Position numbers and translations under genes: made by a program. 64,000 nucleotides of DNA from Botryllus schlosseri (Eukaryota): assembly GCA_051294905.1 (NCBI GenBank), contig CM119372.1:18292001-18356000 (forward strand), read 5' to 3'. Within the stretch, counting starts at the first letter, position 1. Every line of letters begins with the position of its first letter. Of this stretch, positions 39,901-51,771 are shown piece by piece. The notes beneath the pieces were generated by a model that worked only from the letters and a program-made list of their open reading frames with translations, searched no databases and was not told where the DNA came from.

Positions 39901-42900
39901 GGCCCATGGTAGGCCATGGTAGGCCTAAGCCTTTATCAACCGGTGCGCTGATTGATCCATGGATCAATGAATAATTGATCATTCATGTGGCATATTTGTT
40001 CTAAAGATGTCAATTGCTTCAAGATGTCACAGACGAAATGGTTGGTTAGTCTTCGGTCAATCTACGGCCAATCAAGTCTAAGGCTTGAATGATATGGCTA
40101 AATGCAACAGGTCCATGTCATTGATAGGATGTATGTCAGAAGTTCACATATCGTCGAATTCGATTACGAATTTACGATCGCAACCACAGTCAAAATCCTA
40201 CATATACTCTGTTTCCATGACTGTCCCCTAATGTCATATCCTTTCACCAGTTCTATTTATACATCATCAACCTTCTTATAACCGAGTCATCAGAGTTACG
40301 CGGTATGCCGTGATTCCGCTGTCACGATTTCTTGCGTTAGCATAAAATAACGCTTTGAATACATTGTGCAGGTTGCTTGAGAATCGATCACTTTTAATGA
40401 GAATAGGCCTGTATTTGCTTAATTGTAGCACCTAAATTTAAGATTCCTAAATATGCCGCGGAGTGCATCTCAAAAATATGATTGATCTCGCTCCGCTGAG
40501 CAGTGAATTATATTCTTTCTGATCGGTATAACAATGAGTGCAATTCCGCATATCATACCATACGGCTGCTTAAATTGGTCGCCATCGAATGGGTGCGCAG
40601 TGCGCGTCTATATCACATTGACTTTTCTATATTCAGTAACAGTATATTTCTATATGCTTGATACAGAGTACTCATAGTATTGTCATTTAGTTTCTTGCAT
40701 TCGTACCTCCAACAACGGATGGTTCGCAGCGTATTAAATTGAGGGTGCTGGTTAGGGTTGTTCAGAATTGACCAACTTTCAAAAAGTCGTGATATTCAGT
40801 GTATCCCATGCCTTATATCTTACAAACGTATTCTAGCTACTTTTTACTGTAATTCATCTCTTGCATTTCATCTGTGTGCGTGTTGAGCTGAAAGAAAATC
40901 GGTTGAAAATGGATGATTCTCCTATAATCTGAGTACTGCGATTTGACCCACCCCAGTAAATTCAAGAAATATTATGGTTTATGAAACTGCTATAGTTTGG
41001 GGTGATATAAATGATAAATCCTTATTTCAGAAAATATTTTGAGTTGAGGCCATCATGCTCATAACTCCCAAGACTTTGGTAGATGTAATGTTATAGCTAA
41101 GGAGAAAGTTTTAATATATTGCTTCTCGTAAGCACAGCTTGAATGTCCTCTGACCACAATTTTCTTTCCCAAACAATTCTGATTATGACAGTCCATCATA
41201 GATTTACCGAACCGAATTGGTCTATACGTCAGTGGTTCTCAAACCTTTTGTCTTCACGGACCCCTTTTATACCTTCTTGAACCCCAAATAAGTTTTAGTA
41301 CAAATTTATCTCAATAATCGCGCAACCGTCATCTGTCTTGTCAAGATATTAACAGTTGGCTATAGGGATAAAATGCAATAATTTGAATTTTCATGAAAAT
41401 AGCGTCATACTGTAGAAATTGTGGATACTTTTACTATTTCAAAGCGAATTCTTCTGCTGTAGTTCTTGAAACACGCGTACGTGTTTTGAAAATCCTCGTG
41501 TTCGATTTGATTTAAAGGAGATCCGAAAATACATTTCCACAAAGATAGGCGAATGCAATGTAATAATGACATGTGACGCTTCCGACGACACCTTTGGGTA
41601 TGATAGCAATAGCAACAAAATTGAGAAACTGATTTTTTAATGAACATATCACGTCCAGCCTAATTTTTTCTATCCAGCAACTCATCTTGAAGTTATTCTG
41701 CAATAGTGATTATGTATATGATATCACTAGAGAAAAGGGATTCCGCGATGAGGATTCAGTCGCCTTGGTACAGATTAGGAAACAAAACTTTAGGAAATAA
41801 TACATTTCAGATGTTTGTTCACTATTGTGCTGTGCTAATGTCAGTGACGCAACTGAAACGAGTTTATCTGACAAAATGATAAAACAGCGTGACATTGTGT
41901 TGAAATGAAGTCTTATATATAATTCAGGAGTACGTACCCACCGTTTTCGAGAATTATACGGCTGAAATGAAAACCAACTCAGGAAGCGTTCATCTACTAC
42001 TCTGGGATACTGCAGGTATAATTACAGCCTTGAAAATTTGTATGCCGATGTATGGACACTGTGGACAGTGCACACGGACACAAATCTGCGTTTATTTAAG
42101 TTTGAGAACATTTGTTACGCCACCCGTTTCCTGCTAATGTTATTTACCAAACGTCTGTTTGCGACTATCCACCTTTATTGCAGCTCCGGAGTATTTGGAG
42201 CAATCAGTTTGTAATTGCCACACCATTTTAATTCCCGACGTGTCCTAAGATCTCTAAGAAGCGGTCAATGTCAACTATATAGGCTGTAATACTACCTTTC
42301 ACAGACAGGGCTCAGATTAGATCACCTCACCTCTGTTAATAATTTTTGCCATATGAGCTACCGATTTCGCGTGTGAACAACCGAAATCGTCCAATACGGG
42401 AATTTCGCTCGGGGAAGGAGAAATTTAAAACAAAATTTGCCGTAACAAAGCCATATAACCTGGAGTGACTCGGAAGGTTTCTGGGGAATTGTGTTGCAGT
42501 TGGTGTTTGTTTACCTTCTGGCACGTCACTTCATACGGTGTTTGGAAGCGTGACCAATATCGTTTGGAATGTTATTCGTGAGAGCCCCAGGTTTCAAAGA
42601 GCCAGTCTCAGGGTTGCGCTGGAGGTCAAGATACATACTCAACTCACACATATGATTGGTGATGACTTGCGCGATTTTTTTGACATGTCAAAAAAGGTCA
42701 AAATTAGGTCAAAATTGAAACGTTAAGTCAAAAAATGTTTGCAAAGTTAAAACTTTTTTGCAACCTGCATTTCGTAAGTATCGTAGATTTCGCACTGTCG
42801 TTGAACTTATCAGCGTTTTACAGCGTGTGGCCTACTTTATAGGACTACCGTTGCAGACGGCCCGCTGTCTGCTCGTTGTGAATCATAAACATTCAAATGA

Positions 42901-45900
42901 AACAAATAGGTTGACATGGTGTTATGCTCAACGTACCACAATATCCAAACTGAAGCAAGACTGCGTGGGCATGGCATGCTTCTTATATCACAAAACGCAT
43001 GATGAAAAATTGTGATGTAGACACCATTGCCAGAAGATTTACATTGACAATTGAATGTATTGCTCCTTTGACGAGAAAGGCTCCAGAGTCCAGACCACTG
43101 TCATAATATAGATAACTAAGGTAAACCTTAGTTATCTATAGTCATAAACAGACCAAAAATATCTTTTATCGGAGCTACATCGTAATGCAACATTCTTACG
43201 GTCGACCGTCACCATCATCAGAACACCCATTCCATACCAATGAAGAGGCCTATACATGATATAACTGTTGAACCAACGGCGATTTCAAGGGTTCCATCCA
43301 CCTTACATCGTATAAGTCGACCATATTGAGTGCAAATTGTCCGTAGGCTCATACTACGCGTTTTTCGAAAGTATTTACACAATTAAGGCATAAATATACT
43401 ACAGTTGAAAATTTTTTTAAAGGCATTAAACAAAAAAGTGTTTTAAAACACGATTTGTCTTAAATGCAACCCTATAGTTGTTATGCAATCTGCAATCTAT
43501 CCCCGTAATATCGACGGGCTCTGTTTCAAATTTATCAGAAGGTAACTGTCTTATTATGAAAGAAGCGATGCCGCAAAATACTTTCCGGCGCTGCTTACTT
43601 TTGAAATAGCCTACTTCATTTCCTAGATTGACTTGAAGTATATCGATCTCCCTAGCTCAGAGGCGGGCAACTGTGGATTTGAGAACAGCATTGTCATACA
43701 GGCACCACCATGTCTGCTTCTCTCTGATCAATCAACACACGGTGCAATTCTTAATTAAGATTTCAAGGCGTTCGATAAGCCCGGTACCACAAGTTTACCA
43801 AAATTCCAATTCATTAGGGTTTAGCAGGTGACGAGATAGCGTGGTTGTTCAACTATGTGGCCCATTTTATCTCGATATTGAATTCATGCGGCCCGCGGCC
43901 TCCACGAAGTTTGAAAGTGGCCCCCGACCCGTTTTGAGTTGGCGACCCCTGACATAAGCGATGTCTTACAGAAGCCCAGAAGTGTACCGTGCTACAAGTC
44001 GACGGTTACGGAATCAAAAATAAGAAATATCGGCCTGGTGTAAATGACCATTGTAGTCGACAAACACCATCATGATTACCACAAATGACATTAGAGTTGA
44101 GTACATCGTAAATGCCGATAATGCTTCGATGAATTTACACGTAAGCTCCACCCTCGCTCGCTGCGCAAGTGCGCAATGGGCATATATGTGTGTGTATAAT
44201 GACATACAGTCACTGAAATGTGACATATGTAAGCAAGTAGTGGGGAATCTCGGAAGACTGGGGCCGCGGGCCACACTATCATGTAAGACGGAAAACTGTC
44301 CGCGGGCCGGACAAAATCCCTTCGCGGGCCGGACAAAATCCCTTCGCGGGCTGCATCCGGCCCGCGGGCCGTATGTTGCCCGCCCCTGCCCTAGCTGAAG
44401 CTGTGTTTGATGACTTTTTCATACCTGCTAAACATGTCCATTCCCATTACACGAGATCCTCGTCTAAAGGAAACATCTACCTACCCCCACCCAATAGCAA
44501 CCTAACTAAGAGATCTATCGACTACTCGGGACCTATCATCTGGAATGCATTACCACCACATATCCGTGAATTGCCCTATAATAGATTCAAAAAAGCCCTA
44601 CTTGATCACCTCTTGTCACTAACACTGTTGCCCTACCTCGCCCAGACATTGCTTCATTGATCATTTGCCACCATTGTTTAATTTTTTTTCTATTTTCCTT
44701 TAACTAAACATTTCTTTACAGCCAGACTGTTCAGAGTCAAGTGTACCTGTTTGATGCTGGTGTGATCAGACTAGATGACCTTCACGGTCTTATCGATCAT
44801 TCCTATCTAATACCGAATACTGTGCACGCATATTTTCTGTACCACCATCACTGCCGTTTGTTATGTATTTTGGTTCGATGAAAATAAAGACTCTATTACT
44901 TTTACTTCAGTAGCATCAGTGAATATGTGAGGACCTCGACTAACTTGTTGAATTTGGCTTTTGTGGATTGAATATAGAAGCAAGTATTTATCGTGCTGCT
45001 GCTGCTGATCGGTTAACGCTCCAAGATGAACATTACCGAGAATGGACATTACCGAGAACGGACATTACCGAGAATGGACATTACCGAGAATGGCCAATGC
45101 CAAGAATCTAGCTTAATGTAACGGACGTTGTCGAGAAATTTATACCTGAGAATTGATACCGAATGTGGCAACGCCGTGATGCACACACACGACCTGTTCA
45201 TATGCATTAAATGCCTGCATTGCATATATTGCATTCTCGGTAATGTCCATTCTCGGTGGTGTCCATTTTCGGTAATGTCCATTCTCGGTATTGTCCATTC
45301 TCGGTAATGTCCATTCTCGGTATTGTCCTTCTCGGTAATAGCATTCTCGGTATTGACCGGACGCCGTCAAGAACACCTCTCTACCGAATCAGTTACATGT
45401 TTAACAGTAATTGTGTCTGTATCTGCCTTGTGCCCAATGCCCATAGTGCTATGAAAATCAAAGCGGATATCCAGTCTGGCACGGGTAAACGGTGGGAGTA
45501 AATCAGTAAATGTTAGTCCGTCGCTTCAATCAGTACCTATAAGGACTAAGAAGTAGCCTAGCTCTTGGTTGCAAAAAGGTTGGTGACCCCTGGCGTCGAG
45601 AATAGTAGCCTATCCCGACACAGGGAGCTCATTTGTGGAGGACCGATGACACTTTGATAACACTACAAAATATTAATTAATTTCAGGGCAGGAAGATTAC
45701 GACCGTTTAAGACCACTTTCGTACGATCGCGCCGACGTGATTATTTTATGCTACGACGTCATGAGCGTTTCAAGTTTTGAGAACATTTCGATAAGATGGG
45801 GTCCGGAAATCAGGCATTTCTGCCCGGGAACTCCGTGTATTTTAGTCGGGTGCAAAACCGATCTGAGGCAAGACACGGAATTTGTGAGAAGCCTTGAAAG

Positions 45901-46754
45901 ACAAGGTCGAGATCCAGTAACACCAGAAAGAGTGAGGAACTGCGATATTCTTATATTCCGTTACCTCGTATTCTTAATTCAATTTTTCATATTATTGAAA
46001 ACGGTACATATAAATATATGTATGCCTACCTGTTAAAATGAGGGTACGATCAGACTAGGCGACCTGACAAGGTCATATCAATCATCCCCTGTCCAATAGC
46101 GAATGCTGTGCTTGCACTTATTGGTATTGATATTATAGTTGTGAGTTTGCTATGTGAAAATTAATGACCCTCGCATTGGTCTGTAGATTTTGTAAAGTAG
46201 AAGGTAGTTTTGACATGTTTGCATCAGCTTTTTTGAGAGGAATTATCATAAAAACTGGGCACAACAGCCCTGACAGTATATTCTAAAGTGGCAGTTATTT
46301 GTCGTGCCGTGTTGTGACTCGAATAGCTGTTAAAATCATGCGACTACTTGACCAAATCTACCGTTCGAAACTACTTACTTGAGTACTTCCCTTACCTATA
46401 TCTTATGCTTCTACGAGAAGTAGTTTTTAGATGTTTTGGAAAGAAAGAATGGTAAAATTATTCCAACTTAGGTACCAGGGCTGGCTACTTCGGCCACCTT
46501 TGTAGTGATGCTGAATCATCCGATAGTCGTGCATGTGCCAAGCTTCAATACTACTGTAAAACTCTCCAACACTGCAGGGTGAAAAGATGGCGAACGATAT
46601 TGGCGCCGTGGCCTTCATGGAATGCTCTGCCAGAACCATGAACAACGTTGATGAAGTCTTCATACTAGCTACAGAATTAGGAATGGATGCCGGATCACCG
46701 AATCCCAAGACGCCTGTATTTTTTACTAATTGCTCGAATTGTGCAGTACTATAA
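36966..46754 (+). CDS. RHOF: Rho-family small GTPase, RhoD/RhoF (Rif) subfamily-like; 4 exons, 223 aa
   Basis: Exons 36966-37127 (KVVVVGDGGTGKTSLLVVFTDGAFPE), 41928-42015 (EYVPTVFENY...LWDTA), 45687-45931 (GQEDYDRLRPLSY...CYDVM...WGPEIRHFCPG...VGCKTDLR), 46578-46754 (ECSAR...CAVL stop, CAAX box). GDGG P-loop, GAFPE, CYDVM, HFC and GCKTDL match RhoD/RhoF rather than RhoA. AATAAA at 46861. Confidence 0.9.
37452..38748 (+). mobile_element. hAT-type MITE family A copy (Rho intron 1)
   Basis: Perfect TIR CAGAGGTGGTCA; exact TSD cgaatgag. Confidence 0.93.
39856..39927. repeat. 10-bp tandem repeat (GGTAGGCCAT)n
   Basis: About 7 units; lies in an interspersed repeat whose 39530-39660 part is also found at about 52140-52275. 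Confidence 0.9.
43107..43140. mobile_element. 34-bp TIR-only insertion (probable P-type excision footprint)
   Basis: TATAGATAACTAAGGT-AA-ACCTTAGTTATCTATA between 7-bp direct repeats gtcataa. Confidence 0.7.
43658..44388. mobile_element. hAT-type MITE at the left edge of the LINE remnant, itself containing a SINE
   Basis: cagaggcgggcaac...gttgcccgcccctg; exact TSD ccctagct. Confidence 0.85.
43830..44090 (+). mobile_element. SINE copy (same family) interrupted by a small hAT MITE fragment
   Basis: Head cgagatagcg, then a MITE-like piece ending ggcgacccctg (43951), then the conserved SINE 3' half. Confidence 0.7.
44389..44910 (+). mobile_element. 5'-truncated non-LTR retrotransposon (CR1/L2-group ORF2 C-terminus + 3' UTR)
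   Basis: HSHYTRSS...IYLP...TKRSIDYSGPIIWNALPPHIR...FKKALLDHLL is the typical post-RT C-terminal motif; AATAAA and a short-repeat tail at about 44883-44908; a similar 3' UTR piece occurs at about 46050-46115. Confidence 0.8.
45010..45359. mobile_element. MITE with inverted arrays of a 16-bp unit (ACCGAGAATGGACATT)
   Basis: Array at 45028-45100 and its reverse complement at 45232-45356; CGG...CCG ends. Confidence 0.8.
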
Positions 46755-47392
46755 ATTAACATACGTAACCATTCTGTAATTTATTTCTTTTCCCTGAACA
46801 CGTACTTGAATCAAAACCCCATTCTATCAATCAATGCTCATATTTTTGTCATTTTACATGAATAAAATCGCTTTATAAATGTTTATATGTTTCATGCCGC
46901 ACTCTCCATCTAAACAATTATAAGTCACACGTCAGATATGATATTATAGAGAATTCGTGCATTGAACCCTACGAAGTATCGTTGGTGATCACAATGGATA
47001 GTTGAATATGCTGCAAACATGCAAGATATCTGTCTTGTGTCAAAAAAATTAAGGATGAAAAGGTAGGCCGAGATTGTCAAGCAGCCTTACTGATAGAGCA
47101 AATATCACAATGTCTTATTCAACATTAAGCCTCGGAGCTGTGTTCTGAACACGAATGGGTCAGAAGATAATACACAGAAATACACAGAGAGCAATATAAA
47201 TTGTCACCGCGCATTTCAGCAGTAATGTTAAAATTTTCGCAGACTTGAAAAAAATTGTGATAATACAAACAAACAATGAATATTCTAATAAACCCCATTA
47301 CCAAACTATCCCCAAAATTAATGGGAATCCCACCACTGAACGCAGCGAGAAGAGATAAATACATTAGGGCCCGCAGTAACAATTGAAGATAA

Positions 47393-48475
47393 CTAATCGC
47401 TTTTGGAATTGAATGGGTTACTTTTAAAATAAGTCCATTCTGCTAGAAACCAAAATGTCATGCCGCCACCTTGGAGCAAATGATACCAAGCATTGTGGTT
47501 AAACCAGACAGGAAAAGGACATTCATTTGGTGGATTATTACCGCAGTTACCAGACCATATTATTTGGACTAACCCGCCGATTAAAAGCAGCCAAGCACCA
47601 AAAGCTCTTATGGAGGAAGTCCTTATACCGCCAAAGTCCACATGTCCGGACCACTTTACATTGATAAGAGCCATGGAAAACATGTACAAAGATGTTAGAG
47701 CATTTATGAGGAACGCAGAAAACATTATTATCGTAGCTGCCGTTGCTGTCCAAATCCAACCAAACTGATCAAGATCCAATTTCGCCAGGTTGAAATCGAC
47801 GCCACCTATCTTGAAATTTGTCCTTTTGGAAATAATGTTCCGGAATTCAAATATTCTTTGAAATCGATAAGCACCATGAAGTAAGACTGTGATAACAGCA
47901 AGTACAATGAGGGAATTCTTCAGATAATGGAATTTTGGGAAGGCGGGTTTCTCGTTTCCAGATTCGTTTTTGCGGACAGTGTGTTTCTTGTTCAGATGAT
48001 AATCAATGGTGTATATCATAGTCAGAAATATTCCAATGCCGAATAGAGCAGCGGACAGGTTAGCAAATTGCCAAACAAGAACCCAAGGGAATAATTTTGT
48101 CAGCATCATCTCCCACAGATCCAATTGTGCGGACTCTGGTGTGTTTGATACATCCCCTTCTGACATCACTGGCTCAATAAGAGGGACGGCATGATGTAAC
48201 ACAGCTCCGACAGCGTTCATCACCCCACACACGAAAAACATTGATCCGAACACCAGCAAAAACTTTTTCGCCTTCGCAAAATCCTGACCCTTTGAAGATA
48301 GCAAGGAAGCTTGGAGATTAGCTTTCATTTTTGTGATTTCGCATTTTGCAGATTTATAGAGCTGAAAAGTGCACATGCAGTACACCAGGCATAATGCAAA
48401 GACTACATAGTCCGATATAATAGTCCCAGGTGATCCGTCGAGACCCCAGACGTATGATCCATAGATTTCGGCCAT
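47393..48475 (-). CDS. Multi-pass membrane protein, 360 aa, single coding exon; DUF6962/CREST-superfamily-like putative metal-dependent hydrolase
   Basis: Uninterrupted ORF from ATG 48475 with about 7 hydrophobic segments and motifs PGTIISDY, AVGAVLHH and FNHNAWYHLLQ. An acceptor at 48505-48504 (tttcAG) and a donor at 49060-49059 (cag|GTgag) suggest an intron in the 5' UTR only. The family assignment is from memory of motifs. Confidence 0.8.
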   Translation of the reverse strand: MAEIYGSYVWGLDGSPGTIISDYVVFALCLVYCMCTFQLYKSAKCEITKMKANLQASLLSSKGQDFAKAKKFLLVFGSMFFVCGVMNAVGAVLHHAVPLIEPVMSEGDVSNTPESAQLDLWEMMLTKLFPWVLVWQFANLSAALFGIGIFLTMIYTIDYHLNKKHTVRKNESGNEKPAFPKFHYLKNSLIVLAVITVLLHGAYRFQRIFEFRNIISKRTNFKIGGVDFNLAKLDLDQFGWIWTATAATIIMFSAFLINALTSLYMFSMALINVKWSGHVDFGGIRTSSIRAFGAWLLLIGGLVQIIWSGNCGNNPPNECPFPVWFNHNAWYHLLQGGGMTFWFLAEWTYFKSNPFNSKSD

Positions 48476-49754
48476 GATATGTATCAAATCATAGAATATT
48501 TATCTGAAATAATATTAAAATTACCACATTCAACATCCCCCCGCCATGGTTCCATCTATCTGAACATTGCTATTCACAGATTAAGTCCAAGAGTACCGTA
48601 ATCAGAATGTGAACTTACAATGTAAAAACAAAAACAACAGCTGATAACCACAAGCTTACAATAGAATGAAGAAAATATGCTCTGCAATGAAGTGATTTCA
48701 CCGATTACACTCAAACATGTTGGAGTATCCAGGCGCACAGGGAATTATGGCAACACATTGTTAGTTCATATGGTCATAGATTTTCTATAACATAACAGAT
48801 CTGACTGCACAATAACACCACAAACCCCTGAACCTGGCTATAAAATAAGTCTAAATAATCATCTGAACAGCTAAACCATGATATGGTGATTAGTTAGGCC
48901 CCAAAACACATTTTGCAATATCGTATGGTACTGTATTCAGCCAACCCACAGGCACGAACTATAGGCCTGTATGGAATCGGTGTCCTGTGCTCACACTATG
49001 TTTTATTTTTTTAATATTTTTTATTGAATTACTTCAACTTGGAAAATAATCGCTGCTCACCTGATATATCAAGCAAAATGGCCAGCGATTCCAATCAGGA
49101 CTATAGGTACCGGTAACTTTCGTATAACAATGCACAATAGCATTGCGCGCGGCCGACTGAATCATGCATTTCCCCCTATTAAGTTTAGTTATCACCGCAC
49201 GCGCTACTCTCGTTACGTTTGTGAGTTATTAGCAATGAGCAAAACGGTGATGTTCTTGCGGCAACAGGGGTTAAACCCGCTCGATGAGTGACAACGCACT
49301 CTGCCAGGCTGACAGCCACCACTGCACCTGAAGCTTATGCCGCTTGCCGGCTTGCGTACAGTTCTTGCCCGTAAAGTACTGGAATGCATTGCATAATATG
49401 AAACGAAGTATTTTTCCTAACATCTTATTCTAACAGTAGCTTCGTTTGCTATTTGGCCAATTGGTTACACCTACATAGGCACTATCATAGGTGACGATGA
49501 TTGATGACTAGTTGCTAATGTAAATTGTAAGCCCAAGCACGATAGCGAACATTATATAATTTTACAGGTAATAATACACCATCTAGCGTAAAGGAACTTC
49601 TGTGATTATATTTTGTCAAGAGCGATCGAATGTTTGCCTTTTTTCTGGAATTCGAAAAGGTGCAGACTTCTTTTAAAAATTTCATCAGCTTACCTAATAA
49701 AATAAGTCATGAGTAGGTATGGACGAACGCGCTGGTCTTTTTTAGTAATCAGAT

Positions 49755-49787
49755 CAGGGATATCTTGAAACTTTCTTGATATCCCTG
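49755..49787. mobile_element. 33-bp TIR-only insertion, same CAGGGATATC ends as 10247
   Basis: CAGGGATATC...GATATCCCTG with flanks aatcagat/tatcaggt (6/8). Confidence 0.65.
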
Positions 49788-50478
49788 TATCAGGTTACCA
49801 AATAGGCCATGAGTGCTGTATTTGGGAGAAGGTGCGGGTCTTTGTTTAATAAAGAGTTTTGCCACATAGATATGGGTCGCGGATCATTTTCAAATCGGAA
49901 GTTGTCTCGCGACCAAAAAAATGTTGGGAACCCAAATTCTAATATCTCTTCGATTGTGCCATTCTTTCGTCACAATGCGATTCGAGAGTAAAGTAAACTC
50001 ACAATTACTTATTATAAGCGACTGTATGATATATCGGCAAGGTATTTCATAGAGCAAAATATTTGCGATACACAGCGATGGAATACGACTCTTTAATATT
50101 GTCTATTTTCCGTTATTTTGGCAATACTTCACAAGAGAATTCCAAGGAAATAAGCTATGAAGCTAGCGACTACTTGCAGATGTATGATGAATCTGTGAAG
50201 AATGTTCGTGCAGAGCATGGCTTGACAAGCACTTTGTGGTTTCTCTTTAACGATCCAGTCATATTCTACACACTGCTACAGATACATCTTGTGTCATTTA
50301 TTATTACCCGTCGCAGTTTGACCGAAAACTCCAAAGGGTAAGTTGTTTGTCATATTTCGATTCAACACAAATAGCAGTATAAAATATGCAAATGCAGTTT
50401 CTTTGTAGAGGCTTGCGGAATCTAGTAGCATATAAGTATGTGTTATCTGCTACGTATAACTTTTATATGTCTCATATT

Positions 50479-51771
50479 CAGAGGTGGTCAGTAACGAAGT
50501 ACTTCTACTTTTTCGAAGTACTCAATTAGTTTTCCTCTACTTCTGGTACTTACTCAAGTAAATCTGATTTTCGCTACTTCTACTTCTACTTCTTAATATT
50601 TTGTGATCTACTTACTTACTTTTCGCTATTTTCAGTTTGTCAAGTAGAAGTAGTTCAATCTTTCAATCAGGAAGATAGCCTGAGGAATTTCGGAACTGTT
50701 TTCACGGAGTATTAACATTAAATTTTCATAAAAGTTTAGTAAAGCAAAGAATTTTCGTCGCGCTTCGCGCGCAGTGGATACGGAGTGACCAGTATGATTT
50801 CACGAAAGCATCGGTGAATATAATTTAGGTGGAGGGTTGGCGTGGTTCCGTTCACACCACATTGTCGCCCTTCACCCATATGAAATAATTCATCACAGTA
50901 TATATGGCTCATCATAACGTTTGAAACTGATGTTTCGCAATCTAGCATTTTCTTGTCATATCGTAATCAAGCATATATATGTCCATGGCGTGTCCTAATC
51001 TGGAAGAGTGGACTTTGACTTTTTTTGAGTATTAGAGCTGATTTAGCATACCACCTTTGAAACTTTCTCGACTAAAAACATGAAATACATATTCTGCTTT
51101 TAGAAGTAGTATTTATATTTCACTTTCAATTCCCAGTATCATATACTTTGAGTTATAATTGATATCAGTTCTTTTGTCCGAATAACATACATGTTGAAGT
51201 ATAAAAGCAAGTGCAGTAATGCCTTTAATTTCAGGAAATGAAGCTACACAATATGGTATTTTTACGGTCCGCCATATTTTTTATTACCGTTTACTAATCG
51301 CGCAAAGTGTTTAAACCGTATCCTATACAACTTCTCCATATTGCTCTTCGACTAAACTACGGGCCTTATAGGGGGATGGCGCCATACCATGCTATTTTCC
51401 AAAACGCGTTGTTCGAGAAAACAGAGGATTAGTATCGCATTTCCTTATCAATACTATCATTTTCACCCCATGACGTGAACGAATGCTTATGCTATCGAAA
51501 ATTGGATACCTGCTGGTATGCATCAATATGAATCAAGCTCGTCACCCATCACATAGCTCAATTGGCACCTTTTTATAATCCATCCAATCAGGATCGTTTT
51601 CACAACTACTTACTTACTTGAGTACTTTTAAAGTCAGTCAATTCTACTTCTACTTCAAGTAGTTTTAGGTTGCTCATGAAAGAAGTACTTCTACTTGTAC
51701 TTGAGTAGATATTTTCGTCGCTACTTCCACTTCTACTTGAGTAGCTTTCTTGACTACTTTGACCACCTCTG
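50479..51771 (+). mobile_element. hAT-type MITE family A copy
   Basis: Perfect TIR; exact TSD ctcatatt. Confidence 0.93.

Noticed and set aside
45025..45360. Regularly spaced repeats resembling a CRISPR array
   Set aside because: Contiguous 16-bp tandem units with no unique spacers, arranged as inverted arms of a MITE in a eukaryotic intron.
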